From a virus, in IMG/VR virus record IMGVR_UViG_3300044712_000815, positions 32,001-96,000 of that record: a stretch of 64,000 nucleotides of DNA. One strand, 5' to 3'. Shown piece by piece: positions 1-8,231 of the stretch. Position 1 is the stretch's first letter. Each line of letters begins with the position of its first letter. Position numbers and translations under genes: made by a program. The notes beneath the pieces were generated by a model. The model was given only the letters and a program-made list of their open reading frames with translations. It did not search any database and had not been told where the DNA came from.

Positions 1-46
1 ATACATTCAGCAACATAAAAGTTCGAGAAACAAAAATCGTATTCTG
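1..46 (+). ncRNA. CAGCAA-bulge stem motif, copy 1 (5' arm truncated by window edge)
   Basis: ATAC-att-CAGCAA at 1-13 pairs with GTAT(TCTG) at 39-46; same architecture as copies at 71 and 461. Confidence 0.55.
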
Positions 47-70
47 TTAATTTAAAATATTTACTCATAA

Positions 71-274
71 AGAATACATACTGCAAATCATAAACTAAAT
101 ATGATAAACAGTGACTATGATGATGGTAGTGTTTTGAAACTTTTTTAGTTTTTCACTAAGTTACATCATCAATTAAAACCTATCCCAAGGGGATATGGAG
201 AAGGTCTTAACTAAACAAAAAAATTAAAAAGAAAGTTTACCGTTCGGTTTTTGAGAAAAACCGATTGTATTCTG
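71..274 (+). ncRNA. ~200-nt multibranch structured RNA closed by a CUGCAA-bulge stem (copy 2)
   Basis: AGAATAC (71-77) pairs with GTATTCT (267-273); ata-CTGCAA follows the 5' arm; internal hairpins at 87-105, 118-171, 173-210, 212-239, 244-264; no ORF. Confidence 0.55.
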
Positions 275-293
275 TTGAGGATTTTGATTTTTA

Positions 294-363
294 GCTTAGA
301 TTAGGATGTTGGCTTGGAAGCAGCCATTCATTTAAAGAGTACGTAACAGTTCACTAGTCAAGC
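294..363 (+). ncRNA. Free-standing 23S rRNA GTPase-associated centre (L11-binding domain, H43-H44) mimic
   Basis: TAGGATGTTGGCTTGGAAGCAGCCATTCATTTAAAGAGTACGTAACAGTTCACTAG matches 23S nt ~1051-1108 (E. coli numbering); closed by its own stem GCTT(A)GATTAG/CTAGTCAAGC; flanks are not rRNA. Confidence 0.85.
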
Positions 364-404
364 AACAATTATTAGTTTTGATTATTCATACTAATAGTTA
401 AGTT

Positions 405-450
405 AAATCCCAACTATTTATGTAAAAATTATAGTTGGGATTTTTTTTTT
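405..450 (+). terminator. Intrinsic terminator ending the ncRNA cassette
   Basis: AAATCCCAACTAT / ATAGTTGGGATTT 13-bp stem followed by T tract. Confidence 0.8.
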
Positions 451-460
451 ATTAATTCCT

Positions 461-494
461 AGATTACTAACAGCAAAAATAAAAATGTAATCTG
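461..494 (+). promoter_or_regulatory. CAGCAA-bulge stem motif, copy 3, in the 5' leader of the TROVE-like gene
   Basis: AGATTAC-taa-CAGCAA...GTAATCTG; compensatory change relative to AGAATAC/GTATTCT; just upstream of an AGGAGG SD (506-511). Confidence 0.6.
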
Positions 495-515
495 GACAAA
501 AAATTAGGAGGTATT

Positions 516-1910
516 ATGAACTCAAATGCAAAATTAGTTAATGTAACTAGACAAAAAGACAGTTATACCAAAAATGGTATGGTAACAAATTCAACTTCGT
601 TGAATTCAAATGTGGATATGTTTTTCTTAGCGGGTGCTTCGAGAAATATCTCAGAAAAAGATATTGAATTTCTTTTTCAAAAATCAATAGTGGAAAACCC
701 TTTAGTGGCACTAAAACTTATGTTTTGGGCAAGAGACCCAAGAGGTGGTGCGGGTGAAAGAAGATTTTTCAGGATTTGTTCTAAATTCTTGAATAAGAAC
801 TATTTATCATATCTTGAAAAAAATATCAATTTAATACCTGAATATGGTCGTTGGGATGATATATTTGAACTTGATAGTGATGTTATATTACCATTAATCA
901 AAGATGGTTTAGATAAAGAAAATGGTTTGCTTGCAAAATGGTTACCACGTCAAGGAGAATTTGCGAATAAAGTTCGTAAATTTATGAAACTTAGTCCAAA
1001 GGATTATCGTAAACTTATTGTTGGTTTGTCAAATACAATCGAACAAAAAATGTGTGCAAAAGAATGGGATGCGATCACATATAAATCAGTGCCATCATGC
1101 GCACTGAATAAATATAGAAAGGCATTCTATAAAAATGATGCAAATCGTTTTACAGAATATATTTCATTGGTTAATGAAGGTAAAGAAGAAATTAAAGCAG
1201 GTGTTTTATTTCCACATCAATTATATCAAGCATATAAAAAAGGTGAAGATAAAAATGCTGTAGAAGCACAATGGAAAAATTTACCAGATTTTATGGTTGA
1301 TTCAGAAGAAAGAATTATACCAGTATGTGATGTGTCAGGTTCTATGACTAGTAATAATGGTCTTCCAATGTCAGTATCAGTGTCATTGGGTTTATATATT
1401 TCAGAAAGAAATAGAAGTATATTTAAAGATGCATTTATAACATTTTCAGCATCACCAAAAATGCAATATTTAAAAGGTTCTTTTTATGAAAGAATAAGAC
1501 AATTGGAAACTGCTGAATGGGGTATGAATACTAATTTGGAAGCTGTATATAGTTTAATATTAACTAAAGCTATTCAAAATAGATTAACCGAAGATGATAT
1601 GCCAACAAAAATTCTTATAATTTCGGATATGGAATTTGATAGTTGCGCTCAAAATAATTCAGATTCTGCATTTTCGATGATAAATAGAATGTATTCTGAT
1701 GCTGGCTATAAAATGCCACAGATCGTTTTTTGGAATGTAAATGGTAGATTGGGTAATGTTCCAACAAATGCACAAACAAAAAATGTTGGTTTGGTTTCAG
1801 GATTCAGTCCAGCAATATTGAAATCAATATTACAAGGTAGTATTGATACACCAGAAAGCTTAATGTTGCGAACAATAAATAGTGAAAGGTACGAACCTAT
1901 TACAATATAA
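516..1910 (+). CDS. DUF2828-family TROVE/Ro60-like protein with C-terminal vWA domain
   Basis: RDPRGGAGER, YGRWDD, AKWLPR motifs; vWA MIDAS DVSGSM...ISDMEFD; IVFWNV; SGFSP. Confidence 0.8.
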   Translation: MNSNAKLVNVTRQKDSYTKNGMVTNSTSLNSNVDMFFLAGASRNISEKDIEFLFQKSIVENPLVALKLMFWARDPRGGAGERRFFRICSKFLNKNYLSYLEKNINLIPEYGRWDDIFELDSDVILPLIKDGLDKENGLLAKWLPRQGEFANKVRKFMKLSPKDYRKLIVGLSNTIEQKMCAKEWDAITYKSVPSCALNKYRKAFYKNDANRFTEYISLVNEGKEEIKAGVLFPHQLYQAYKKGEDKNAVEAQWKNLPDFMVDSEERIIPVCDVSGSMTSNNGLPMSVSVSLGLYISERNRSIFKDAFITFSASPKMQYLKGSFYERIRQLETAEWGMNTNLEAVYSLILTKAIQNRLTEDDMPTKILIISDMEFDSCAQNNSDSAFSMINRMYSDAGYKMPQIVFWNVNGRLGNVPTNAQTKNVGLVSGFSPAILKSILQGSIDTPESLMLRTINSERYEPITI

Positions 1911-1915
1911 AAATG

Positions 1916-1944
1916 AAAAAGAGGATGTTAATCCTCTTTTTTTT
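1916..1944. terminator. Intrinsic terminator (bidirectional-type)
   Basis: AAAAAGAGGA-tgttaa-TCCTCTTTTT plus T tract. Confidence 0.75.
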
Positions 1945-2006
1945 AATATATCGTAAAATAATAAAAATGAAAAATTATATGGCGGTTTAGATTTAGAAGA
2001 ATAAAT

Positions 2007-2037
2007 TTTGTAATTATTAAAAATATATGTATCTTTG
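2007..2037 (+). promoter_or_regulatory. Bacteroidota primary-sigma promoter (-33 TTTG / -7 TAnnTTTG)
   Basis: TTTG (2007-2010), 19-nt spacer, TATCTTTG (2030-2037), upstream of prs. Confidence 0.65.
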
Positions 2038-2060
2038 CATTCTAATTTAAATCAACAAAT

Positions 2061-3080
2061 ATGGCAGTTAAAATTTTTTCAACTTCAAAATCAAAATATT
2101 TGGGTCAACATATTGCTAAGTCATACGGGGTTGACATAAGTAGTAGTGAGTTTAAAATCTTTTCGGATGGTGAATTTTGTCCACGTTTAGATGAAAGTGT
2201 TAGGGGTGATAAGGTGTTTATAGTAGCATCCCTATATTCATCTTATCATGAAGCTGAAGAAGTGATAAGAATGATACCAGAAGAAAAACAAAAAGAAGCG
2301 AAAGCGATATTAAAAACACTTATTTCTTCATCATCTACTGTATTTGAATTACTACAAATGATTGATGCCGCAAAAAGGGCATCAGCGAAAGATATAGTTG
2401 CTGTTATTCCATATTTTGGTTGGGCTAGACAAGATCGTAAAGACAAACCACGTGTACCAATTACTGCTAAGTTGTTAGCAAATATGATAACTGATGCTGG
2501 TGCAACCCGGCTAATTACTATGGACCTTCATGCTGATCAAATACAAGGTTTTTTTGATATTCCTGTTGATGCATTAAAAAGTTCTTATGTATTTGTTCCA
2601 TATATTCAATCATTGAATCTTAAAAACTTGGTTATTGGATCACCTGATGAAGGTGGTGGAAAAAGGGCAAAAAAATATGCTGAACGACTTGATACAAGAT
2701 TCATTTTGATGAATAAAGAAAGAAAAGAAGCAAATATTATCAAAGAAATGGAACTTATCGGTGATGTGAATGGATGCGATGTTGTTTTTATTGATGATAT
2801 TATTGATACTGCGGGGACGATAACCACTGCTGCTGATATATTGATGGATAAAAAAGGTGCAAAAAGTGTTAGGGCTTGTATTGCACATCCTGTCTTATCT
2901 GGTCCTGCTTATGAACGTATTGAAAAATCAAAAATTACCGAAATTATAGTTACTGATACTATCCCACTAAATTCTTATATCAAATCGGATAAAATACGAG
3001 TATTATCTATTGCTGATTTATTTTCACGTGCAATTATGCGAATGAATACAAATGAATCAATATCTAATCTATATGAATAA
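2061..3080 (+). CDS. prs: Ribose-phosphate pyrophosphokinase
   Basis: FSDGE, PYFGWARQDRK, DLHADQIQGFF, SPDEGG, DDIIDTAGT motifs. Confidence 0.95.
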   Translation: MAVKIFSTSKSKYLGQHIAKSYGVDISSSEFKIFSDGEFCPRLDESVRGDKVFIVASLYSSYHEAEEVIRMIPEEKQKEAKAILKTLISSSSTVFELLQMIDAAKRASAKDIVAVIPYFGWARQDRKDKPRVPITAKLLANMITDAGATRLITMDLHADQIQGFFDIPVDALKSSYVFVPYIQSLNLKNLVIGSPDEGGGKRAKKYAERLDTRFILMNKERKEANIIKEMELIGDVNGCDVVFIDDIIDTAGTITTAADILMDKKGAKSVRACIAHPVLSGPAYERIEKSKITEIIVTDTIPLNSYIKSDKIRVLSIADLFSRAIMRMNTNESISNLYE

Positions 3081-3441
3081 ATATAGTTATTCGAAAATAA
3101 TTAATGTGTTTTTTTTATTATTTGTTGGTATTTTTTATTCTTGTAATCAAAATGATAAGATAATTACGAGCGAAAAAATCATTACTGATGTGTACATAAC
3201 AGATGTATTTAAAGCAAAATATTCTAAAATTCAAGGATATATCTATTATAATAATATCAAACTAGAAATAGACAATGGTAATTCAGGATATTATTACAAA
3301 AATTATAGTATAAAAGCTGGTCAAAAAATTAAACGCTCGGTTATAGTATATCAAAGATATTATTTTACAACTGACCCATATAAGAATGATATTATATTGT
3401 CAACATCGGATATTGATTTTTCAGATTTTGTTATACAGTAA
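3073..3441 (+). CDS. Putative lipoprotein
   Basis: Hydrophobic N-terminus ending FYSC; start at 3073 overlaps the prs stop. Confidence 0.55.
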   Translation: MNKYSYSKIINVFFLLFVGIFYSCNQNDKIITSEKIITDVYITDVFKAKYSKIQGYIYYNNIKLEIDNGNSGYYYKNYSIKAGQKIKRSVIVYQRYYFTTDPYKNDIILSTSDIDFSDFVIQ

Positions 3442-3463
3442 AATAGTAAATAATTAACTACTT

Positions 3464-3497
3464 AAAAAGGCATATTGGAAACAATATGCCTTTTTTT
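3464..3497. terminator. Intrinsic terminator
   Basis: AAAAAGGCATATTG-gaaa-CAATATGCCTTTTT. Confidence 0.8.
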
Positions 3498-3546
3498 ATT
3501 AAACAAATTAAAAAAAACCAACTAAAAAAGTAAAATAAGATAAAAC

Positions 3547-3900
3547 ATGAAAACAAAAACATTTATTAGTAAACAAGAAATAAATACTACCGCTTTGGTA
3601 GAAGTCAAAATAACATTTAATGATATTGTAGATATTATATCAAGTTGTGATTATATTGAAAAATCTGAAATTAGAAATATTATTGGTAATGATTATGATG
3701 ATTTAGATTTTGATGAAGTTTATTCAATAGTTAATAATTTTAATTTTTCTAAACATGAATTGGAAGAAATGAAAAATATTATTTATGGTGAAGTTGATAA
3801 ATCATTATACGATGATTTAAAAAATAAAGTTATGAAAGTTGCTTTAGAAAAATATGATCTTGATGAATTGCAAAGGAGATTGGATATAAAATATTATTAA
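3547..3900 (+). CDS. Hypothetical protein
   Basis: ORF with A-rich leader after a promoter-like site. Confidence 0.6.
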   Translation: MKTKTFISKQEINTTALVEVKITFNDIVDIISSCDYIEKSEIRNIIGNDYDDLDFDEVYSIVNNFNFSKHELEEMKNIIYGEVDKSLYDDLKNKVMKVALEKYDLDELQRRLDIKYY

Positions 3901-3912
3901 AAATAAAAACGT

Positions 3913-4128
3913 ATGAAATTAGTTGACAAAATTAAAATGCTATTTGGGTACACTTATGTAGTGAATTTAAATACGTGGGAAATACACAATTTGAAAAATA
4001 CACACGAAAATTGTAATATCGAATTAATGACCCATAAAAAAATTATAACAAAAAACCAATTACACATATATTTAGAAGATGGTTATAATGGTTGTAGATG
4101 GTGTTTAAAAGAATATAATAAAGAATAA
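3913..4128 (+). CDS. Small Cys/His (Zn-binding-like) protein
   Basis: H...C and GCRWC motifs. Confidence 0.55.
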   Translation: MKLVDKIKMLFGYTYVVNLNTWEIHNLKNTHENCNIELMTHKKIITKNQLHIYLEDGYNGCRWCLKEYNKE

Positions 4129-4151
4129 AGAATAAAAAATAAATAAATATT

Positions 4152-4610
4152 ATGGATGAATGTCAAAGAGAAATAGCAACAGTATTAAATAGATACTGTA
4201 AAGAAAATGATAGTAATACACCAGATTTTATATTAGCTACATATTTGATGGATTGTTTAAACGCATTTAATAGTGCTGTAAGTTCAAGAGAAAAATGGTA
4301 CAATATCGAATCAAAACCAGGGAAAGGTACAAAAATAAATAATAAATTGGAAGATGAAATTGTAGAAGAAAATGGTGGTGCATTTATTAATTCAAATTTA
4401 GTTGAAACTACAAAATTGGTTACAGTATTTGAAATACATGATAAAAAGGAAGTTAATATATTTGAAGAAGATGAAATTGTTGATGAAGCCAAAGTGGATA
4501 TTGTAGAAAAAAAACAAATTAATGTTTTCGATGTAGATGAAGAAATTTCAGAAGAAACTAAAAACATTGAAACAAAAAACGAAGATGTTAATGATTTTTG
4601 GAATTCATAA
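4152..4610 (+). CDS. Hypothetical phage protein with acidic tail
   Basis: ENDSNTPDFILATYL N-terminal motif; repeated acidic segments. Confidence 0.6.
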   Translation: MDECQREIATVLNRYCKENDSNTPDFILATYLMDCLNAFNSAVSSREKWYNIESKPGKGTKINNKLEDEIVEENGGAFINSNLVETTKLVTVFEIHDKKEVNIFEEDEIVDEAKVDIVEKKQINVFDVDEEISEETKNIETKNEDVNDFWNS

Positions 4611-4661
4611 AATAAATTAAATAGGAACAATAGATTTTTATATATACATAAAAAAGTATAT

Positions 4662-5996
4662 ATGAAAAATAAAGTTATATGTGAAGTTTGTGGAAAAGAA
4701 GAAATGGTTTTTCCGTGTAGATCAAAAAACTATAAAACTTGTTCAAAAAAGTGTCTTGGTGAATACAATAAAGGAAAACTAAATTCTGTTTGTTGTGTAT
4801 GTGAAAAAGAATTTCACATTAAACCATATAGGACAAATAGAATAACAAATAAATTTGGAATAACGTGTTCTAAAAAATGTTCAAATAAATTAAAAGAAAA
4901 AATGTATATGGGAAGAGAAAATCCAAATACTAAGTATAAAAACTTAGATGATGACTTCTTTAAAGAAGTAAAAACTGAAGATAAAGCATATTTATTGGGA
5001 TGGATCGCTAGTGATGGCTCAATTAATCATAATAGTATACAAATCGCTATTAACAAAAAAGATTTATTATGTTTAGAAATATTGAGGGATATAATATGCA
5101 TAGATTTACCAATTAGTAATAAATCTACTGATTTAAAAATGTTAACTATATCATCAACAACCATTTCAAATGATGTGTGTAAATTATTAAATATTTTACC
5201 CGAAAAAAAATCAGATATCGTTTGTTTTCCAGATTTAGAAAATGATGATTTAAAATGGGCTTTTTTAAGGGGTTTTTTTGATGGTGATGGATCAATTCAT
5301 AATATAACAGAAACACATTATACACCGAGTTGTACTATAACATCCACATCTATAAATATGCGTAATTCTATTATGGAATTTTGTAAAATTCCTTGTAATG
5401 AATATGGTATAAATTTAAGTTGGTGTGGAAACAACGCATTGGATTTTTTAAATAAAATATATAAAAATTCTAAATTTAGGTTGGCTAGAAAATATGAATT
5501 ATATTTAGATATTTCAACATGGGTTCCATCTGTTTCGTATAGTAGATATTATAAGAATGAACATTGTAAATGGGCAAAAACAAGAAAAGATGCTGTTTCA
5601 CCATCTAAAGAAAGGGCATCGGATTCAGGATATGATTTAGTTCTTTTGGAAAAAATAAAAACTGTTGGAAAAGTTGAATTTTATGATACTGGAATAAAAG
5701 TTAAACCAAATTTTGGTTATTATTTTCAAATTGTGCCAAGAAGTTCAATTAGTAAAACTGGATATATGCTTGCAAATTCAGTAGGAATAATAGATAGAAC
5801 ATATTTAGGTAATATTATTGTTGCACTAATCAAAATTGATGAAACTGCACCAGATTTAGTTTTACCATTACGAATGGTACAAATGATTCCAACACCTATT
5901 GTACATTTTGAACTTGAAGAAGTAGAAAGTTTTGATGTAAACGAAACTGAACGTGGTGAAGGTGGATTTGGATCAACCAATAAAAAAGAAAAATAA
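4662..5996 (+). CDS. dut: Zn-finger + double LAGLIDADG endonuclease fused to dUTPase
   Basis: CxxC/CSKKC fingers; LLGWIASDG and FLRGFFDGDG; dUTPase motifs SGYDL, PRSSISK, GIIDRTYLG, RGEGGFGST. Confidence 0.85.
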   Translation: MKNKVICEVCGKEEMVFPCRSKNYKTCSKKCLGEYNKGKLNSVCCVCEKEFHIKPYRTNRITNKFGITCSKKCSNKLKEKMYMGRENPNTKYKNLDDDFFKEVKTEDKAYLLGWIASDGSINHNSIQIAINKKDLLCLEILRDIICIDLPISNKSTDLKMLTISSTTISNDVCKLLNILPEKKSDIVCFPDLENDDLKWAFLRGFFDGDGSIHNITETHYTPSCTITSTSINMRNSIMEFCKIPCNEYGINLSWCGNNALDFLNKIYKNSKFRLARKYELYLDISTWVPSVSYSRYYKNEHCKWAKTRKDAVSPSKERASDSGYDLVLLEKIKTVGKVEFYDTGIKVKPNFGYYFQIVPRSSISKTGYMLANSVGIIDRTYLGNIIVALIKIDETAPDLVLPLRMVQMIPTPIVHFELEEVESFDVNETERGEGGFGSTNKKEK

Positions 5997-6016
5997 ATTT
6001 AAAAAGAAAAACCTGA

Positions 6017-6352
6017 TTAATAATCAGGTTTTTCTTTGTTAAAATATGTATTGTCTTTTAGTGCATCAAATCCCTTTTCTAATTTTTCACACAAATTTTT
6101 AAAATTTACAACTTCTTTAAGTTCTAATCTAAACCATTCATTTTTTATTTTTCTATATTTATAATGATTCTGAAGTGATCGTTCTAATTTTTGATTATAT
6201 TCAGATTCATATTTACAAACTTCACGAATTTTATCTTTATTTCCCGTTTGTAATCCACTAATCCGCTTTGAAATATTTGGATTTCTAGTGAAACCTATTT
6301 TATAAACGGTTTCATCATTGTCTGTGCTTTCTAATAAATAAATATATCCCAT
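6017..6352 (-). CDS. GIY-YIG / T5orf172-domain protein
   Basis: GYIYL, YKIGFT, RISGLQTGN, EWF. Confidence 0.8.
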   Translation of the reverse strand: MGYIYLLESTDNDETVYKIGFTRNPNISKRISGLQTGNKDKIREVCKYESEYNQKLERSLQNHYKYRKIKNEWFRLELKEVVNFKNLCEKLEKGFDALKDNTYFNKEKPDY

Positions 6353-6415
6353 AACATATATATTTATTTATTTGGGTCAAAAATATGATTTATATTAATT
6401 ATATATATATATATT

Positions 6416-6901
6416 ATGATGAAAATGGCAACTACTATATTGGAATTTTTAATGGAAAATAAAAAATTTAATTCTTTTTTTATTCAATATGATTATGATA
6501 AATTCGTTTATCATATTACATCTAAATCAGTAGAAAAGAAAATATTGAAAAATGGTTTTATGACAGGATTTGAATTAGGTATTTCAGAAAAAAGAAAAGC
6601 GATATTTTGTTCTGATTTAGATGTTAATTATGGTTTATATGCAAGAAATAAAGAAGGTGAAACATATGAAGGTGATGAAATTGGTAAAATTAAAATAAAT
6701 TTAAATGGTTTAAAACTTTTAAATATGACATATATAAATAATGATGGTGAATATGAAAATTATAATAAATATAAAAACTTAAATGTTAAAGGTGAACTAG
6801 ATCAAATACCATTTAACATTGATGGCACAATATCATTTTTAGATGATGGCAGAATATATGAAGTAGCATTAAAAAAAGAAATAGCTAATAGAATTATTTA
6901 A
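6416..6901 (+). CDS. ADP-ribosyltransferase-fold-like protein, putative internal head protein
   Basis: VYHITS...ILKNGF...AIFCS, C-terminal YEVAL; N-terminus TILEFLMEN. Confidence 0.45.
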   Translation: MMKMATTILEFLMENKKFNSFFIQYDYDKFVYHITSKSVEKKILKNGFMTGFELGISEKRKAIFCSDLDVNYGLYARNKEGETYEGDEIGKIKINLNGLKLLNMTYINNDGEYENYNKYKNLNVKGELDQIPFNIDGTISFLDDGRIYEVALKKEIANRII

Positions 6902-6983
6902 AATCTTTCAAAAAGGTTCTATTCGTCCAATAATTTCTATTACCATATATGTATCTGATTAGTTGTTCATCATTTTTATTTTA

Positions 6984-8120
6984 TCATTTCAAATCGTTAA
7001 ATCTTTTAATATGGTGAATTTGCTTTTCAGGATATTTTGGGTCAATAGTAATTTCACCACCAAGTCTCATTTTTGCATTATATGCATCTGTTTTGCTAGG
7101 GTTTTCAATTATTATTTTGCCTGGTTCTTGTTCTATTTTACCATCTTCATATGTTTCTAATTCAGTTGCATCTAAATTAATATCAATAAAACTATCCATA
7201 GGATCACCAACAGATTCATTTGTATTACAAAATTCAGTTTCAAAATCGGATAAATTCATCGAATCAATTACTTGTTCTACATATCCATTATTATTATCTA
7301 TTTTATATGTTGTATATATAACAACATCATTTGAACTTATTTTTACATATAAGCCATATTTTATTTTATCACCATATTTATTGTATATGATATTTGATAT
7401 ATGTTTAGGATTACAAACATGTTCTAACCAATCTATTGTTATACCAGGTTCACCTATAATTTTCAAATTTGAATCATAATATAATAATCCTTCATTTATT
7501 TTGAATTCTTCTTTAACGAAAGATTCGAATTTTTTTATTTTTTTCATGATATAATTATTTTTTTCTTGTATTTTTGGTTGTACCACAATATTTTGTTGTT
7601 GTGATGCAGGTTGGGTACTATGAACTTTAACAGTGTCGGGTTGTGCTGGTGCTTGTGCTTGAACTTGGGCTACTTGTTTTTGCTGTTGTTCTTGTTGATC
7701 TTCTTTTTTTGCTATAATTTCATCATTATTATATTCAATAACCTTTGGATCAATTTCAACATCAATAAATTGACCACCACGTATTTCTCCCGCTAAAATT
7801 TTGCCTTTAAAAAAATGACCATTATATATAATACCCGATTTAAATGTTCCATTTCGCCATGTTCCATTATAAAATACACCATTTTGCCATGTTCCATATT
7901 TCCATTCACCATCACGCCAAACACCAAAATACCAATCACCATTATACCAAATACCACCATTCCAAACTAATGTATCTTGGAATATTTCAAGTCTAGCATT
8001 TTTTATTTCTGCATTAACCATCCAATTGAATTTATTCTTAACTAGAATTTCATCAATTTTCCATTGGTCTGTATATGTTTCACCGTTGTATTTTAATTCA
8101 GTATATCTTAATTCATGCAT
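6984..8120 (-). CDS. GxWxx-repeat protein fused via Q-rich linker to a second module (internal start 7547)
   Basis: WNGGIWYNGDWYFGVWRDGEWKYGTWQNG 5-aa periodicity; internal MKKIKKFESF with A-rich leader. Confidence 0.6.
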   Translation of the reverse strand: MHELRYTELKYNGETYTDQWKIDEILVKNKFNWMVNAEIKNARLEIFQDTLVWNGGIWYNGDWYFGVWRDGEWKYGTWQNGVFYNGTWRNGTFKSGIIYNGHFFKGKILAGEIRGGQFIDVEIDPKVIEYNNDEIIAKKEDQQEQQQKQVAQVQAQAPAQPDTVKVHSTQPASQQQNIVVQPKIQEKNNYIMKKIKKFESFVKEEFKINEGLLYYDSNLKIIGEPGITIDWLEHVCNPKHISNIIYNKYGDKIKYGLYVKISSNDVVIYTTYKIDNNNGYVEQVIDSMNLSDFETEFCNTNESVGDPMDSFIDINLDATELETYEDGKIEQEPGKIIIENPSKTDAYNAKMRLGGEITIDPKYPEKQIHHIKRFNDLK

Positions 8121-8231
8121 ATTAAAAATTAATACTTTTTTATTATATATAAAAAATTGAAATTAAAAAATTAAACTTTTTTTGATGGAACCACAATGAT
8201 ATAATATATACAAGAAAATAATAAAAGTAAT

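Noticed and set aside
15-40. T-loop-like GTTCGAG suggesting a tRNA-like (YrlA-type) domain
   Set aside because: No supporting T-stem or D-arm is visible, and the element is truncated by the window edge.
294-363. A real rRNA operon or host contamination
   Set aside because: Only one ~60-nt domain matches; the flanks are AT-rich phage-like sequence with their own closing stem and terminator.
1967-1990. 7-codon ORF MKNYMAV after a late-like motif
   Set aside because: Too short to support; possibly a remnant.
4662-5996. Intein in dUTPase
   Set aside because: No splice-junction motifs; the endonuclease lies wholly N-terminal to the enzyme.
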